This document shows positions 25,130 through 37,811 of a stretch of DNA of 64,000 bases, piece by piece. Below the pieces are notes generated by a model. It did not search any database and was not told the origin of the DNA. It saw only the letters and a program-made list of their open reading frames with translations. This DNA comes from Lama guanicoe (lineage: Eukaryota), in assembly GCA_013239625.1 (NCBI GenBank), contig MU053482.1, forward strand, positions 248,001 through 312,000, read 5' to 3'. Numbering within the stretch: position 1 is the first letter of the stretch; each line of letters opens with the position of its first letter. Position numbers and translations under genes: made by a program.

Positions 25130-25520
25130 GGGTCAGATCAAAAATCAAGTCTGAATCTGATCAAGTCTCCAGATCTAACTACCAATTCCCCAGCAATATG
25201 TGAGACAGAGAAACATCTTCAGTGATAACACAGCAATTCATACATACGGTGGGGTATTCTACAGGGCAAATGACCCAGATGCCTCAACCGGTAAGTTTCA
25301 AAGAAAAAAAAATGATGGAAGGGAAATATATAGATGAAAAGACATCTAAGAAACCTATAAACTAGTACTAATGACGAGTTCTCGTTTGGATCTGAGTCCA
25401 AAAACAAGTTGAAAAAGTTTTATGTGATAATTTGGGAAATTTGAATTCTAATTGAATATTAAATAATATTAAGGAAAAAGTTGTGAGTATCATCGTAGTA
25501 TCATGATTGTGTTTTTCCAA
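25130..25520 (+). mobile_element. Ancient L1 (L1MC/MD-like) 3' end
   Basis: GAATCTGATCAAGTCTCCAGATCTAACTACCAATT...ATTCTACAGGGCAAATGACCC...ATATTAAATAATATTAAGGAA. Confidence 0.55.
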
Positions 25521-25688
25521 GTATCTTTAATTCCCTTACAGTTGAAAGTACTGTAGTCAAAACCTGGTAGAGGGGAATCAGAATGTTCTTGGCGACTCAT
25601 CTCAGCAGATAAACGGTTAAAGTCAATAAAATACTTCTGGAACACAGGAAAAGTAAATTACAACTTGAATTTGCTCACACTATGATCT

Positions 25689-25689
25689 T

Positions 25690-25715
<26 letters not shown>
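25689..25715. repeat. (CT)n microsatellite
   Basis: About 13 CT units, seen directly. Confidence 0.95.
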
Positions 25716-25720
<5 letters not shown>

Positions 25721-28114
25721 GAGAAGCTTCCTCTTAATAGTTTCCTAAGTTTGGACCCTTTTGGAGGGAGTCATTCCAGGCAGCTCTGAAATCTGGACTT
25801 TTTTTTACCTTGTTAAATGTATTTAAGACCCAATCACTGTTTCTGAGCTAGTAATAACTCAGACACCTCACCCTGTAATGGTACCCTTCTTAAGAGCAAT
25901 TAGATCTAGATGCATTTCCTTTTCCTTTTTTTTTTTTTTTTATTTATGCACTTTGATTCTCTCAACATGTGATAAGAGGAGGTTAGTCCCTCCCTTTCTT
26001 GGGGGAAGTCATTTCAAAACAACATTATTTTGCATCAGATTTGCAGCAGCCTGTCTACACTGATGAATAATACAACTGATAATTAGTTGTTCTGCACCCC
26101 ACCCCGTGTCTAAAAGTCTCGTGTATACAAGGACTCTCTTTTTTCTGTGATTGAAGCCTTGCCACAGCTGCTTCTGTTTATCATGGCACCACAGCCCACC
26201 AGCACCTCTGTAACGTGGCCCATGCACATATGCTGTCTAGTATCTGACTAGGTCAAGGATAAACCGCAGCATGCTATACCCAAGGCTCTCACTTTTGCTG
26301 TGTCTGTGCCTTTTCTGAGAGCAGTGTGGCCAGCACAGACTGGCTAGGTCCCATGTAGCAGGCATCTGCTGAGTCCAGTGTCGGCTAAGCCACTCCCCTC
26401 ATCCTATCCCCATCCCCACCCCCATCCCCAGGGTCGTGTCTGGCTAAGCCCTGCCCTTGTGAATGTCAAGTCACCTCCATGCCCTTTGACAGAGGCAATT
26501 TGGCTGAAGGCAGGAAAGACCCACCTCGCTGTGCCCCTGAAGCCAACCCACAGCCCTGCCTCTATAAAAACAAATCCTCACCTGTGGATAAAATCCTGAG
26601 AATTGTGAGGACCCACCAAGAATAAAATCCCGTATGGCTGGCACTGAAAACCTGAAGTTGCCTGCCCAGTTACAACTGATAAAAACCAACTCCATCATTA
26701 AAAATCCAGCTGCATTGTTCAGTGTAAGCTTCCACAAGCCACTGCAGCCACAAACACATGTTTACCAAGTCCAGACCTAAAGCTACAGACTCTGGCCTCA
26801 CCAAAAGCTTCTTCCCATATTAATTGGGTCCCCAAATTCTACTCCGTGTTTCTCTCTTAAAGCTTCTGGTCCAGTGCTTTGTATGTTGAAGTTCTGTGGA
26901 CCTTCAATAAACAGCCCCCTCTTTCCCTCACCTGGATTCAAAATCAGTTAAAAAATAGAAATCAATGATCAGAAAATACAGTTGTTCAAGGTCTGTCAGG
27001 CTGAATCAGTTAAAGCTATAATTTGTTTAATATGAATATTAAGCATGTAGACCTAGTACAGCATGGGAGCCACTCAGTAAGTTTATACAATTAATAAACT
27101 TTCATGCATGGAGGGTGATCTGGGAGGGATAAGGCTGAAGACAGGAAAACCAGGTGGGAAACTACTAGCTGTGTGGCCTTCGGCAAGTTATAGAGCCTCT
27201 CTGAGCTCCAATTTCTTCACCTGAAAATGGGGGTAATAGTCCCCATTTTATAGAGTGCTGTTATGATGAGTGAGTTGAACTATCACTAATGTTAAATGCT
27301 TAGTAAATGTTAACATTTATTATTATTATTTTCCTAAATTCTTTATTCTCCCTTACTTTTCACATCTACTTTGGAACAAAGTCCTATTCATGGTCCCTAC
27401 TAAATGCCCCTCAAATCTCCTTTCTCCTCCTCTACTTAACTTTCAAGAACTCTAATTTTGGTTGCCTAACTGGGTTCTTGCATGCAGTCTGTTCCTCTTC
27501 TAATCTGCCCCACGCCTTGGTTACCAGAGTAATTAAACAGCAACCTGAATACTTCATCTGCCTACTTGAAAACCCTCTTGATTCTTCATCAGTTAAAGGA
27601 CCATGAACAAGTCCCTAAATATAGGTTACACGATTCTTAATGATCTTTCCGCATGTACCCATCATTCTGACCCCTCCCCATCTTCCCAGCCCACCCTACC
27701 CTGTTTCCTATACCCTAGGCTTTGGGGTTACACAGACATCCCTCAACACCCAGACTCTCTCATTCACTGCACATCGTTACTCACACTTCTGCTTCCACTC
27801 CAGACACCTTCCCTTATTTGTGCCACACAAACAAAATCCTAGTCCTTACCCTGAAATTTCATTTCTACAGTCATTCCTTCCCTGGACTCCCCCAACATGG
27901 TGTCCATCCCTGTATTACAGTTGTTATCACGTTTACATGAATTTAAGATGTTTATATTAATTTTTCACCTCCAAGACTATGGACTTCTCAACAGCAGTGA
28001 CCTTGTTTAATCATTCTTGTGCCCTCAGTGCCTAGCACAAATTCTATCATGTGATGGACCCACACTTGCTGAGCAAGTGAATACATGAATGAATCAAACA
28101 TAAGAAGTCACTCT

Positions 28115-28310
28115 AAGGGATAAATTGAGAGTTTAGGATGTGCAAATACTACTATATATAAAATAGGGAACTATATTCAATATCTTGTAATAACCTATAA
28201 TGAAAAAGAATATATATATAAACTGAATCACTATGCTGTACACCAGAAACTAATACAACATTGAAAATCTACTATACTTCAATTAAAAATTTTTTGTAAT
28301 TTAAATGAAA
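28115..28310 (+). mobile_element. 5'-truncated L1 3' end with 10-bp TSD
   Basis: AAGTCACTCT at 28105-28114 and 28311-28320, with L1 3'UTR motifs between. Confidence 0.8.
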
Positions 28311-28726
28311 AAGTCACTCTGCATTTGAAACTAGTAGGTCTGTTGATAACAGGACTCAGCCTCTAGGTGGCCTGAGTGTAGCGGCTCTCCCTTGGCCATT
28401 GTAGCCTGGTTCCTTTCTGCCTGCAGGGAGTCCCCAAGGGGGCGAAGGGACAAACTAATTTCCTCTCTCTCCCAGGAGTCACCTGCTTGCACCTGGACCC
28501 CACCTTGGAACCCAAGCCAGCCGCCCCCTCCTAGTGTGAAACTGCAGTGCCATCTGCTGGTGGGTAGAAGACCTGCAGGTCAGGCTGAAGGAGAAAGGGG
28601 AAGGAGGAATTAGGGCCACTATGGTCTATTCTAGCCATGGAATCTCAGCTATTAGACCCACACTGGGCAGTTTTCCCCACTTATGTGAGTGCAGACTTGA
28701 TGGAGGAGCCTCTTATTTGTAGTTCC

Positions 28727-29190
28727 CACTGACCAAAGACCCTCAGGTATGTCTCGGTGGTCAGAGCCCTTTCTTCAAACCTCAAAGCTGTGACTCCCAC
28801 ACTCAGTCCTCTTAGAAGCTAGTGATCCTAACACTGAAATCCAGCCCCCTCCACACACACTGGTCCTCTCAGGGAGTAGAGCCTGTCACTTAAAACCCAG
28901 TGACCACACTCAAGAATTTATGACCAGAGGCCTCCACCAAACCCCTGAGAAAAACAGGGCCGCTGACTCAGATGCCCCAGTGATGAAGACCCTTTCTCAC
29001 GTCCTCAATGGCCAGTATTCACCATTAGCACTCCCAAGGACTAAGGACCCTCACTTCGGACATCTAAGTGACAGTGCCCCAGCTCAAGCCCTTCAGTGAT
29101 CAGAGAGCCTCCCTCAGACCCCTCAGTGAGTTATCTCCAGTCCTCGCTCAGATCTCAGTGACAGGGTCCCTCCCTCAGACACAGTCAGAG
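28727..29190 (+). repeat. Degenerate ~28-31-bp tandem array (consensus ~CAGTGACCAGGGCCCCTCACTCAGACCCT)
   Basis: Recurrent CAGTGA/CAATGG starts ~29 nt apart, e.g. CAGTGATCAGAGAGCCTCCCTCAGACCCCT and CAGTGACAGGGTCCCTCCCTCAGACA. Confidence 0.7.
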
Positions 29191-29399
29191 ACAGATTCCT
29201 TAATAGGCCAACAAGAAAGAGCTTATGGCATTATTAAAGCAGAAACACCAAAACGAAACCGAAAAAATGTTTCTTTCCAAGAATTCAATATTTGCAGAAA
29301 AGGCTCAGTGTGACCATGGTGGGATGAACCTGAACTTTGCACTTATTTTGTGGTTTAACTGTTTTTACTTTGAATGACATGTGGAGACCAACCACAGTC

Positions 29400-29589
29400 T
29401 TTTTTTTTAATATTTTATTTATTTTGTCTGTTGGGTTTTTTTTTTTTGCCTCTTTATGGTTTTTTTGGGGGTGGGGGTGGTAATTAGATTTGTTTTATTT
29501 CGTTATTTTGACAAGAGGTATTGGGGGTTGAACCTGGGACCTTGTGCATACTAAGCATGTGCTCTAATCCCTGAGCTATACCCTCCCCC
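29400..29589 (-). mobile_element. tRNA-Ala-derived SINE (Vic-1-like)
   Basis: Antisense head GGGGTTGAACCTGGGACCTTGTGCATACTAAGCATGTGCTCT...GAGCTATACCCTCCCC with a T-rich tail. Confidence 0.8.
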
Positions 29590-29624
29590 ATACAATCTTT
29601 AATATATTCAGACCTATAACCATC

Positions 29625-29780
29625 TTTTTGTTTATTTTTTTAATTGAAGTATAGTCCGTTTACAATGTTGTGTTAGTTTCTAGTGTACAGCATAGTGATT
29701 CAATTATACATAAATATATTCCTTTTCATATTCTTTTTCATTATAGGCTATTGCAAGGTGTTGAATATAGTTCCCTGTAC
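29625..29780 (-). mobile_element. 5'-truncated L1 3' end
   Basis: TTGAAGTATAGTCCGTTTACAATGTTGTGTTAGTTTCTAGTGTACAGCATAGTGATTCA...GAATATAGTTCCCTGT. Confidence 0.8.
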
Positions 29781-32700
29781 TTAGACCTGTAACAGTCTTG
29801 GTCCAGGCCCATGCTCTCAGGGACCTGGTGCCCACCACTAGGGGCTTTGTGACCGAAGGGCCTTAATTAAGGTCTAGTGAGCACAACAAGGGCTCAGCTG
29901 GTCCCTTCAGATCGCCCGTCCACCTTCCCTCTGGTCCACGGAGGAGCTGCCAAGGCCTCTTGCCTCCAGGACTTCTGTCTCCTGCCTTGTCCCTGGGCCC
30001 CTTCTCCAGACAGGGGCCTCAGCTGTGCCTGTCTCATGAGGAGATGTGGGCCTGCCAGGATAATTGGTCCAATGCCAAGGATTGTCCCCCAAAGGCCAGC
30101 TTTGGCCACCCTGGCCCCAGCCCACCTGCATCAGGACTGATTAGCAATAATCCTCTTTGAAATGTTGCTGCCACACACTAACGCACATGGCAGAGTAGTA
30201 AACAAATACACCAACTTCCACTTTCACCCCATGTCCTCTAAGAATAGCGTTCAGGGTCCAAAGTACACATGATTATGGGAGAAATTGGTGGGTCGGATGT
30301 AGGAAATTGTGACTCAACATTCCCACTGCCGTTCCCATCCCTTTCAGAGCCATCAGTTCTATTTTGGCCCAGGCCGGGCTCCCCTCCACTTGACTTTGCT
30401 GCCGACAGTGTCCCTTTAAGCGTTAACCACTCTTCTGGTCTCCAGCTGCCCCAAAGCCTTTTTTTCTCTTTCACAAGCAGAACCTTCAGCATTTAAGGCT
30501 TCCTTTCAGAAAAATGAAACCAACCTCAGTTTATTAAAGTCATAATGGGTCAGTCATTCAATCTACTAATTCATATATGCATTCATTCATTCATTCGTCC
30601 GTACGTTCTTGCCACACATCTTTATTGGGCTCTGCTATGTATTGGCCTTGTGCTAGATGTTGAGGACACAGCAGTGAATAAAACAGAACCTGACCTTGTG
30701 GAATTTGCCTCCAAATGGGAGATACAGATGTTAGACAAACTACATGGTCACTTACTTAATAAAACTTGTAGTACATGCTATAAAGGAGATGGACCTACCA
30801 TGTATGTAGGCCTGTGCTACCTACTCTGGGTGATATAAAAGTAGATAAGGCATTAATATACTGTCAAAGTGTCAAAATCTACGTGGAGAGCCAACTTAGA
30901 GCTCCTGCTGGCAGAAGAAGAAACCTGGAGAAATTCTCACTCTGAATAAAGTTCTTGAGAAGATCTCCAAGACTCTTGATGACTGGAAAAGACAAACCTT
31001 GGATAAAGGAGCCCAGGAAACAGGGCCAAGGTGTCAGAGCTGGGATGTTAGACTAGCACAAATAAGCCAAACAAGAAAGCTAACTAGGTTTGGAGAATGC
31101 AGCAGCAGAGGGCTGCTGGTGGCACCAACTGGGAACACAGGATGAGAAGGAAGTTGGGATTCCTTAGAGTCAGAGCAAGAGGCAACCCGCCTTACAGCAA
31201 AATGAGCTCATTCACCCATTCATTCAATCGTTGCCCACGGATTAATGTCAGGCACTTTGCTGGGTGCTATGGATACAATAACTAACACAAAAGTTTAATT
31301 GGGAAAACAGACAGACAACAAAACACAGTGATTGCTAGAAAAACTACAAGCATGAGACTTAGTGGTGACCCACTTCTAAGGTTGTCCCTATAATAATGTC
31401 ACCCTCGCTAATTTGGGAGAGGAAGAGGTGGCATCACAGCCAGTACCCAAGAACTGCTCCTCCAAAGCCTGTGCTACAGGTGCAGCAGTTAAGAGTGGGC
31501 AGATCGCTAACACACCGATGGGCATGCCAATTTCAAATCTTCATGTTGCACTGAGATGTAATGATTATTTTTACTATTGGCTTTCACTTCCTGCAAAAAT
31601 CCTTCCCGGGCTTAGATAAAATTGGGTTTAACCTTTGAGAGTGTGTATGAATACAGATGCCATCCATTGCGTGTGGTAGGTGGAGAAAAGATTAAGAATG
31701 GCTGTTGCATGAGGCTGAGGATGAGTCACGCTCCTTAGACCAGAAAGGAGGCTGAGTGGGAGGCTGAGCAGAGGGAGCAGATTTATATTTATAAATCAGG
31801 GTTTTGCAGCTTGGAGGCAACAGTGATGTCAGGAGACCTCTCCCACGTGGAAGGATTGGAGGCACCAGATTTCCTCATGTCTGGAACTTGGAGAGAAAAT
31901 CAGCTCAAGCCTCATGGTGGGGCCGGGTCTCCTTGTGGAATCCACAGGCTGCGCTGGGAGATTTGACTATGGGTGAACGATTTAGATTTTCTGTTTTCTT
32001 CCTCCCGGTTCTTCAGAAAAACTTCCCAAAATGCCAGCGATCTGCTTACTTTCTCCAATGAATATATATTGCTTGCTTAATTTTTTTCAAGATATTTATT
32101 AGAAGTCACAGAAAGAAAAGACTCTGAAATGGAAAGGCCAGTTTGAGCTGTGCTCAGAGGAATTAAAGAAAGTTTTGTTCACGTTCCCAGGAGAGTTATA
32201 AAAAAGGAGAAGCTCAGCCCCCGTTCGGCAGTGGGGGCAATGGTGGGCTGGCAGCTGGCTTTTAAGTCAGAAAACTCCAAGGTTGCTGGGGGCAGCGAGA
32301 TGGGAAATGTCAGGGTCCTCGGCCAGCTCCTGACCCCACTGTCATAGAATTGTCCCTCCAGGACACCCCTGGGCTAGACCTCCCTGAGGTGCCATGGTGG
32401 TTTGTTTCCGTGAAGAAAGTCCTTTCTGTTACTAATGGGTAATGGTGGCCAGAGAGACACCAAGGAGAGTGTCCACCTCAAGGCCTCCAAAGCCCTACAA
32501 AGTCAGAGGGGAGCCAGGAGAGGCGAGTAAGCGGGAAATGCCACCCCTGTGTGTGACACTGCTCCCTCCATCTCCATAAAGCTATGTCTTCCAGAGCAAG
32601 CTCCTCCCCGTGAAACCTTCCCTGACTCCTTAGGCTGCCGTGGACCTCCTCCTCATAGATTATTAAACTCATTATATATACTACACATAATATATATAAA

Positions 32701-33280
32701 ATATTATATATTATATATCATATAATAATTGTTAGATTATTCATACATTGATATATTATATATCTTACTCAATTATTAAATTTTTCATTAGATTATTAAA
32801 GTAATCTTTAATTGTTAAGATTAAGCACTATTTCATGTCTTTCCTTTTTTGGAAACCATCTGAGCACATACTCTTCCAGTTTATTCACTGGGGCTTGCAT
32901 GTATTCTTCTAAACTCAATTTATGAAAGTTCTTGCTGTAGCTGACGGTGTTACCTTTTATTTTTTTAACATGCAAAGGTTTAAAATCGTTCTATAGTCAA
33001 GTCAGTTAATCTCTCCCTGTGACTGCTTCTGTTACTTCTAAGATGGAAAATTCCTTCCTTCCAGAAATGTGATGAATAGGTTACTGCTCCCAAGGCTTTG
33101 AAAGCTGTTTAGTCAGTCTAGGAAGTGCCTGGTATACAGTGTGAGGAAAGGATGTAGCTTAGTTTTCTTTGGTGTTAGCCAGTTTTCCCAGGCCATGTAT
33201 GGAATAAACTTCTTCCTTTACCACTGATTTTTCATTCCACCTTTATGGTATACTGAACTCATGTCTATCAGAACCATCTT

Positions 33281-33556
33281 TTATTTTTTAACTTGTTTTT
33301 TTAGGGGGAGGAGGTAATTGGGTTTATTCATTTATTTATTTATTTAAATGGAGATTCTGGGGTTTGAACTCAAGACCTCACACATGCTAAGCGCATACTC
33401 TACTGAGCTATATACCCTCCCCTGCAAATGACTTTATTTTTTTTCTTTTCTTTTAGCTTTTTTCTTGGGAAGGGAGGTATTTAGGTCTATTTATTTATTT
33501 TTAGTGGCGGTACTGGGGATTGAAACCAGGACCTGGTGAGAAGTTATACCTTCCCC
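33281..33556 (-). mobile_element. Two head-to-tail Vic-1-like SINE monomers within one 12-bp TSD
   Basis: CAGAACCATCTT at 33269-33280 and 33557-33568. Heads end at ~33422 and ~33556. Confidence 0.75.
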
Positions 33557-33719
33557 CAGAACCATCTTCTTTCCAGACAACCTGTTCAGTTCCAAGAAAT
33601 GACTATTTTGACACTTGATTGATTGTACGCCCTGTGTTACTCTGTTACCCATACTGAAAATTGTTTAAAGGAAGAAATCACATATTTTCCTCCCATTTAT
33701 TCATTCAACAAATATTTAT

Positions 33720-33838
33720 ATTTTTTGTTTTTGTTGTGGTGGGGAGCGTAATTAGGTCTATTTATTTGTGTTCAGAGGAGGTACTGAGGGTGGAACCCAG
33801 GACCTCATGCACTCTACCACTTGAGCTATACCCTCCCC
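33720..33838 (-). mobile_element. tRNA-Ala-derived SINE (Vic-1-like)
   Basis: GAGGTACTGAGGGTGGAACCCAGGACCTCATGCACTCTACCACTTGAGCTATACCCTCCCC. Confidence 0.8.
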
Positions 33839-34584
33839 ACCCCTACAAATATTTATGAAACATCGACTGTGGGCCAGGAACTTGTTGGTGCTGGAAAGAG
33901 AGTGCAGAACAAGACGGGCTCAGTTTCTGCCATCACCTCAAGGTTAATTAAGCGATGATGGTGGAGAGTAAGGTGTGTTGAGCGGTCTTAGAGGTGGTGG
34001 AGGGAAGGCCTAGAGAAGGCCGGGGACTTCCTCTGACACCTGAGGCGTCAGTGGGCACTAATGAAAAGAGGAGGAGGCTGGAGAATCTGGAATATGATGG
34101 ACCCTGGGCCAGGCAACCTCTACTGGAAGCTCGATTCCAGCTTCCTAGAGGAAAGACGTGAAGGTGGGGAAACTGATGACTATAGCTGGTCCATCCTGAA
34201 CAGGAAAGGGGAGCTCCTGCTCCATGCCAGGTGTCCTGGCAGTGCTTCCCTATGACTCTCCTCCCATTCTCAGACTCCTCCTTGAGCTGATGCATCACTT
34301 ACCCCACTGCATGCACAGGAGCCTACGGCCCAGAGTGTTCACATGACACACTTGCTGGGGGCCCGGGTCCCAACACAGGAGCACGGGCATGTCCACTTTG
34401 CCCTGGTCTCCTCCTTCCTGGGAGGAACTTTGCCGTCCCTGAACCTTTGTGCTTCCTGGTGCCCAATCGTGCAATCCTAGACCTAAGTGTTCCTAAGACT
34501 GTGCTGGCTCACTGGAGTCCTCAGACTGGCAGGGGCCCAGGTCAGACCTTGGAATCTCTGAGCCCACACACAGCACTGTCTTTT

Positions 34585-35305
34585 TATTTTTATTTTTTAT
34601 TGAAGTACAGTTGATTTACAATGCTGTGTTAGTTCCAGGTGTACAGTGGAGTGATTCAGTTGTATGTATACACACATACATTCTTTTTTTAGATTCTTTT
34701 CCGTTATCAGTTATTACAAGATACTGATTGTAGCTCCCTGTGCTATACAGTAGGATCTTGTTGTTTATCTGTTTTATATATAGTAGTGTGTATCTACAAA
34801 TTCCTAACTCCCAATGTATCCCACCTCATTCTCTCTCCACTCGTAACTATAAGTTTGTTTTCTGTGTCTGTGAGTCTGTCTTCTCTATTTCGTAAATAAG
34901 TTCATTCCGTTTGTGTCCTTTTTCCTTTTTTTTTTTTTCAGATTCCACATATGAGTGATATCATGTGGTATCTTTCTCTTTCTGGCTTCACTTAGTATAA
35001 TGATCTCCAGGTCCATTCATGCTGCTGCAAATGGCATTATTTTATTCTTTTTCATGGCTGACTAGTAGTCTATTGTGTATATACACCACAACTTTTTTAT
35101 TTATTTAGGTTGCTTCCATGTCTTGGCTATTGTAAATAGTGCTGCTATGTACATTGGGGTGCATGTGTGTCTTGCTGAATTACAGTTTTCTCCAGACACA
35201 TGTTCAGGAGTGGGATTGCTGGATCATATGGTAACTCTGTTTTCAATTTTTTAAGGAATCTCCATGCTGTTCTCCATAGCGGCTGCACCAGTTTACATTC
35301 TCCAC
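34585..35305 (-). mobile_element. L1 3' fragment (ORF2 C-terminus + 3'UTR)
   Basis: AGATTCCACATATGAGTGATATCATG...TCTTGGCTATTGTAAATAGTGCTGCTATG...GAGTGGGATTGCTGGATCATATGG. Flanked by the near-TSD CACAGCACTGTCTTTT / CACAACACTGTCTTTT. Confidence 0.85.
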
Positions 35306-36344
35306 AACACTGTCTTTTCAAGTCCTAACTTCGCCACCCAGACATCAGTGTAGCTCAATGAGCTCATACGTAGGCACCCAGATCTCCTGCTTGTTGCCAG
35401 TGCTCGCACGCAAGTTCAGTACGGTGCACACAAATGCAGGACCGCAGCCTTACTGGGTATCTTTTGGGGCTTCTTTCCCAAAAGTTTCCCATTTCTATGT
35501 TGTTCCAAGCAGGCCATGCCCAAGGCCCACCGGCTGGCTGCCATCTTTCCTTCCTCTGTAGCCTGTGGTCCGGTTGTTCATGCCGGCTGCCTCCACCCGT
35601 CCCACTCCCCTGACGCCCCACCATAAACATGGTGGCTATTCTTTATTCCAGTGCTACTCAAGGTTGGCCAATACCCCAGTGACAGGCCACAGATTGTTAC
35701 CAGTCCATGACGAGGTAAGTTCAGACATTAAGAGTAGGTGCTTAGAAACTTTTATAACAATCTGACAGAAGAATTATATGTCATTTGCACCTAATAATAA
35801 AAAGTGCACTACATGCAGTGTGGTATCCTGGATTCGATCCTGAAACAGAAAGAAGACATTAGCAGGAAAACCGCTGAAATCCAAGGAGAGCCTGTAGTTC
35901 AGTTAATGGTATGAGGCTGATTTATTAGTCTTGACAAATATACCTGGGTTATCTAAGACGTTAGCTCAGGGGACGCTGGGTGAGGACTACACAGCAACTC
36001 CCTACTCTCTTTCCAACTTTTCTGTAAACTTACAATTATCCCAGACAAAACGTCTGTTCTTTAAAATATAGGTTTATATTTTGCATGGCTTTTTTTCAGT
36101 TTCCTTTTCCTAGCAATTTAATTCCACTTTACAAAGTGTCAGTCTACAGCGGCTCCAAAGTGGGAATTTAAAAAAAAACAAAACTAGTCTTTCACCACAG
36201 AGAACTGGCAAGGCACTGCTTTATACACTCTGTATCCTCTCAGCACTTGTCACCATGATTGTTCCAGATGCTAATCATGGATTCTTGTGGATGACGGCCA
36301 AGCTCACAGGTGCAAGTTCTGAGACCAGCTACTGCACTCTGTGA

Positions 36345-36730
36345 ATAAAGTCACAGCCCAGGGCCCTGTCATCGCTCAAATCCAGGCACTTGCCAGGGCT
36401 TGGTTGTGTACCCAAATACTGTCACAGCTCAGTTGTCACACAGCAGATACTCTCATAGCTCAGGGCCGAGCATGGGCTGTGATGGGACCCCGGGAAGTGC
36501 CAGCATACACAGGGTCAAGGCCCGGGTGGTTCCGTATACAAAGGGTGACGGGGTCCAGGGATGCGCCTTTTTCTGCAGGATGACAGAGCCCTGCTCTGTG
36601 ACTGTGTCTGGGATATGACACAGCCCCGGCATGTGACACGGTTCTGGACCATGACCAAGCCCCGGGATGTGAGGTATCAACAAGTTCTCGGCTCTGACGA
36701 GTCCTGACTATGATAAGGTCCAGGCTCTAA
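36345..36730. repeat. Degenerate ~17-18-bp tandem units in two opposite orientations
   Basis: TGTCACAGC-type units at ~36350-36465, then (A/G)TGAC..GCCC.GG units at ~36580-36725. Confidence 0.5.
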
Positions 36731-37091
36731 TTCTGTTTGGGTTTCACGGGACACCAAATGCTGGGAAACAGTCTCTGTAATGTTAAGGGCGGATCTTGGT
36801 TTGTCCTGCTCTGTGGACAGGGATGGCTGGACCAGTCCAGAGGGGACAGAGCACCTGGTGTGTGAGGCCGGATTTGGAGCAGTTTGCTCTGAGCTCCAGA
36901 GCTATTGATCCAGGCTGTCCTGGCTTGTGGGGTATGAAACAGGCCCAGGTCTCCTAAACCACAGCATGGAATTCTCCGCTTCCAGGGGATCTGCCTGGGG
37001 CCATCACTCCAGGGAGTTTGCTCAGAGTCTAACTACCCCCACCACCCCACCCACCCCTCAACCTTTCCCCCGGGGGTCCCTTGCCCCACCC

Positions 37092-37128
37092 NNNNNNNNN
37101 NNNNNNNNNNNNNNNNNNNNNNNNNNNN
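37092..37128. other. Assembly gap (37 N)
   Basis: Run of N after a C-rich tract. Confidence 1.
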
Positions 37129-37296
37129 ATCGAGTCCTGACCACACGTGAGGCCACAGTGCCATCTGCTGGCTGTTCTGAGCCATGCTGGTCAGGCCGGA
37201 AACATGCAGAGCATGCTGGACACATCAGGGCCACTGGGAAGCCTTCCCCATGCACCTCAGCTCAGAGTTAATATGGTGGCTTCCCCCTTAAGCCCC

Positions 37297-37665
37297 CAGT
37301 GACCAGGGCCCCTCACTCAGACTTCAGTGATCAAAAGCCCCCCGCTCAAGTCCTTTAGTGGCCATGGCCTCAGGGAAAGGTCCTCGGAGATCAGGCCCTC
37401 ACTCAGCCCCCAGTCCCACCCCTCTCCCCATGACCAGGGCCTCTATCTCAGCGCCCATAATGACCAGAAAACTTCACTTGGGTTTCAATGGCCAGAACCG
37501 CTTACTTAAGCCCCACAGCGACTAGGGCCTCCCACCAGGGCCACTCCATGACAGGACCTGCAGCTCATCACTCCCAGAGACCAGGGCCCCTCAGTGACCT
37601 GCAGTCCCTCATTCAGGACCTTCTGCAGCTCAGTAGCTGGGGACCCTGACTCAGAGCCCAGCGGG
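37297..37665 (+). repeat. Degenerate ~28-31-bp tandem array related to 28727-29190
   Basis: CAGTGACCAGGGCCCCTCACTCAGACTT, CAGTGATCAAAAGCCCCCCGCTCAAGTCCTT, CCATGACCAGGGCCTCTATCTCAGCGCCCA, CAATGGCCAGAACCGCTTACTTAAGCCCCA and others. Confidence 0.75.
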
Positions 37666-37811
37666 CATATAGAGCTGCATTTGGGGGACTCTGGGCTCCC
37701 CAAGAGTCAAGCATGTTTCCCTCTATCTTCAGCCCCCAGAGATATCAAGGGAGAGGCCTCCGGTCACCCAGGCTTTCCGTCCTGTTTTGCCTTTACTCCT
37801 GGGTCCCTGCG

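Noticed and set aside
32665..32825. Very AT-rich TA tract
   Set aside because: Ordinary low-complexity sequence.
28727..37665. CRISPR-like interpretation of the ~29-bp arrays
   Set aside because: Eukaryotic DNA; the units are contiguous and degenerate with no unique spacers or cas genes.
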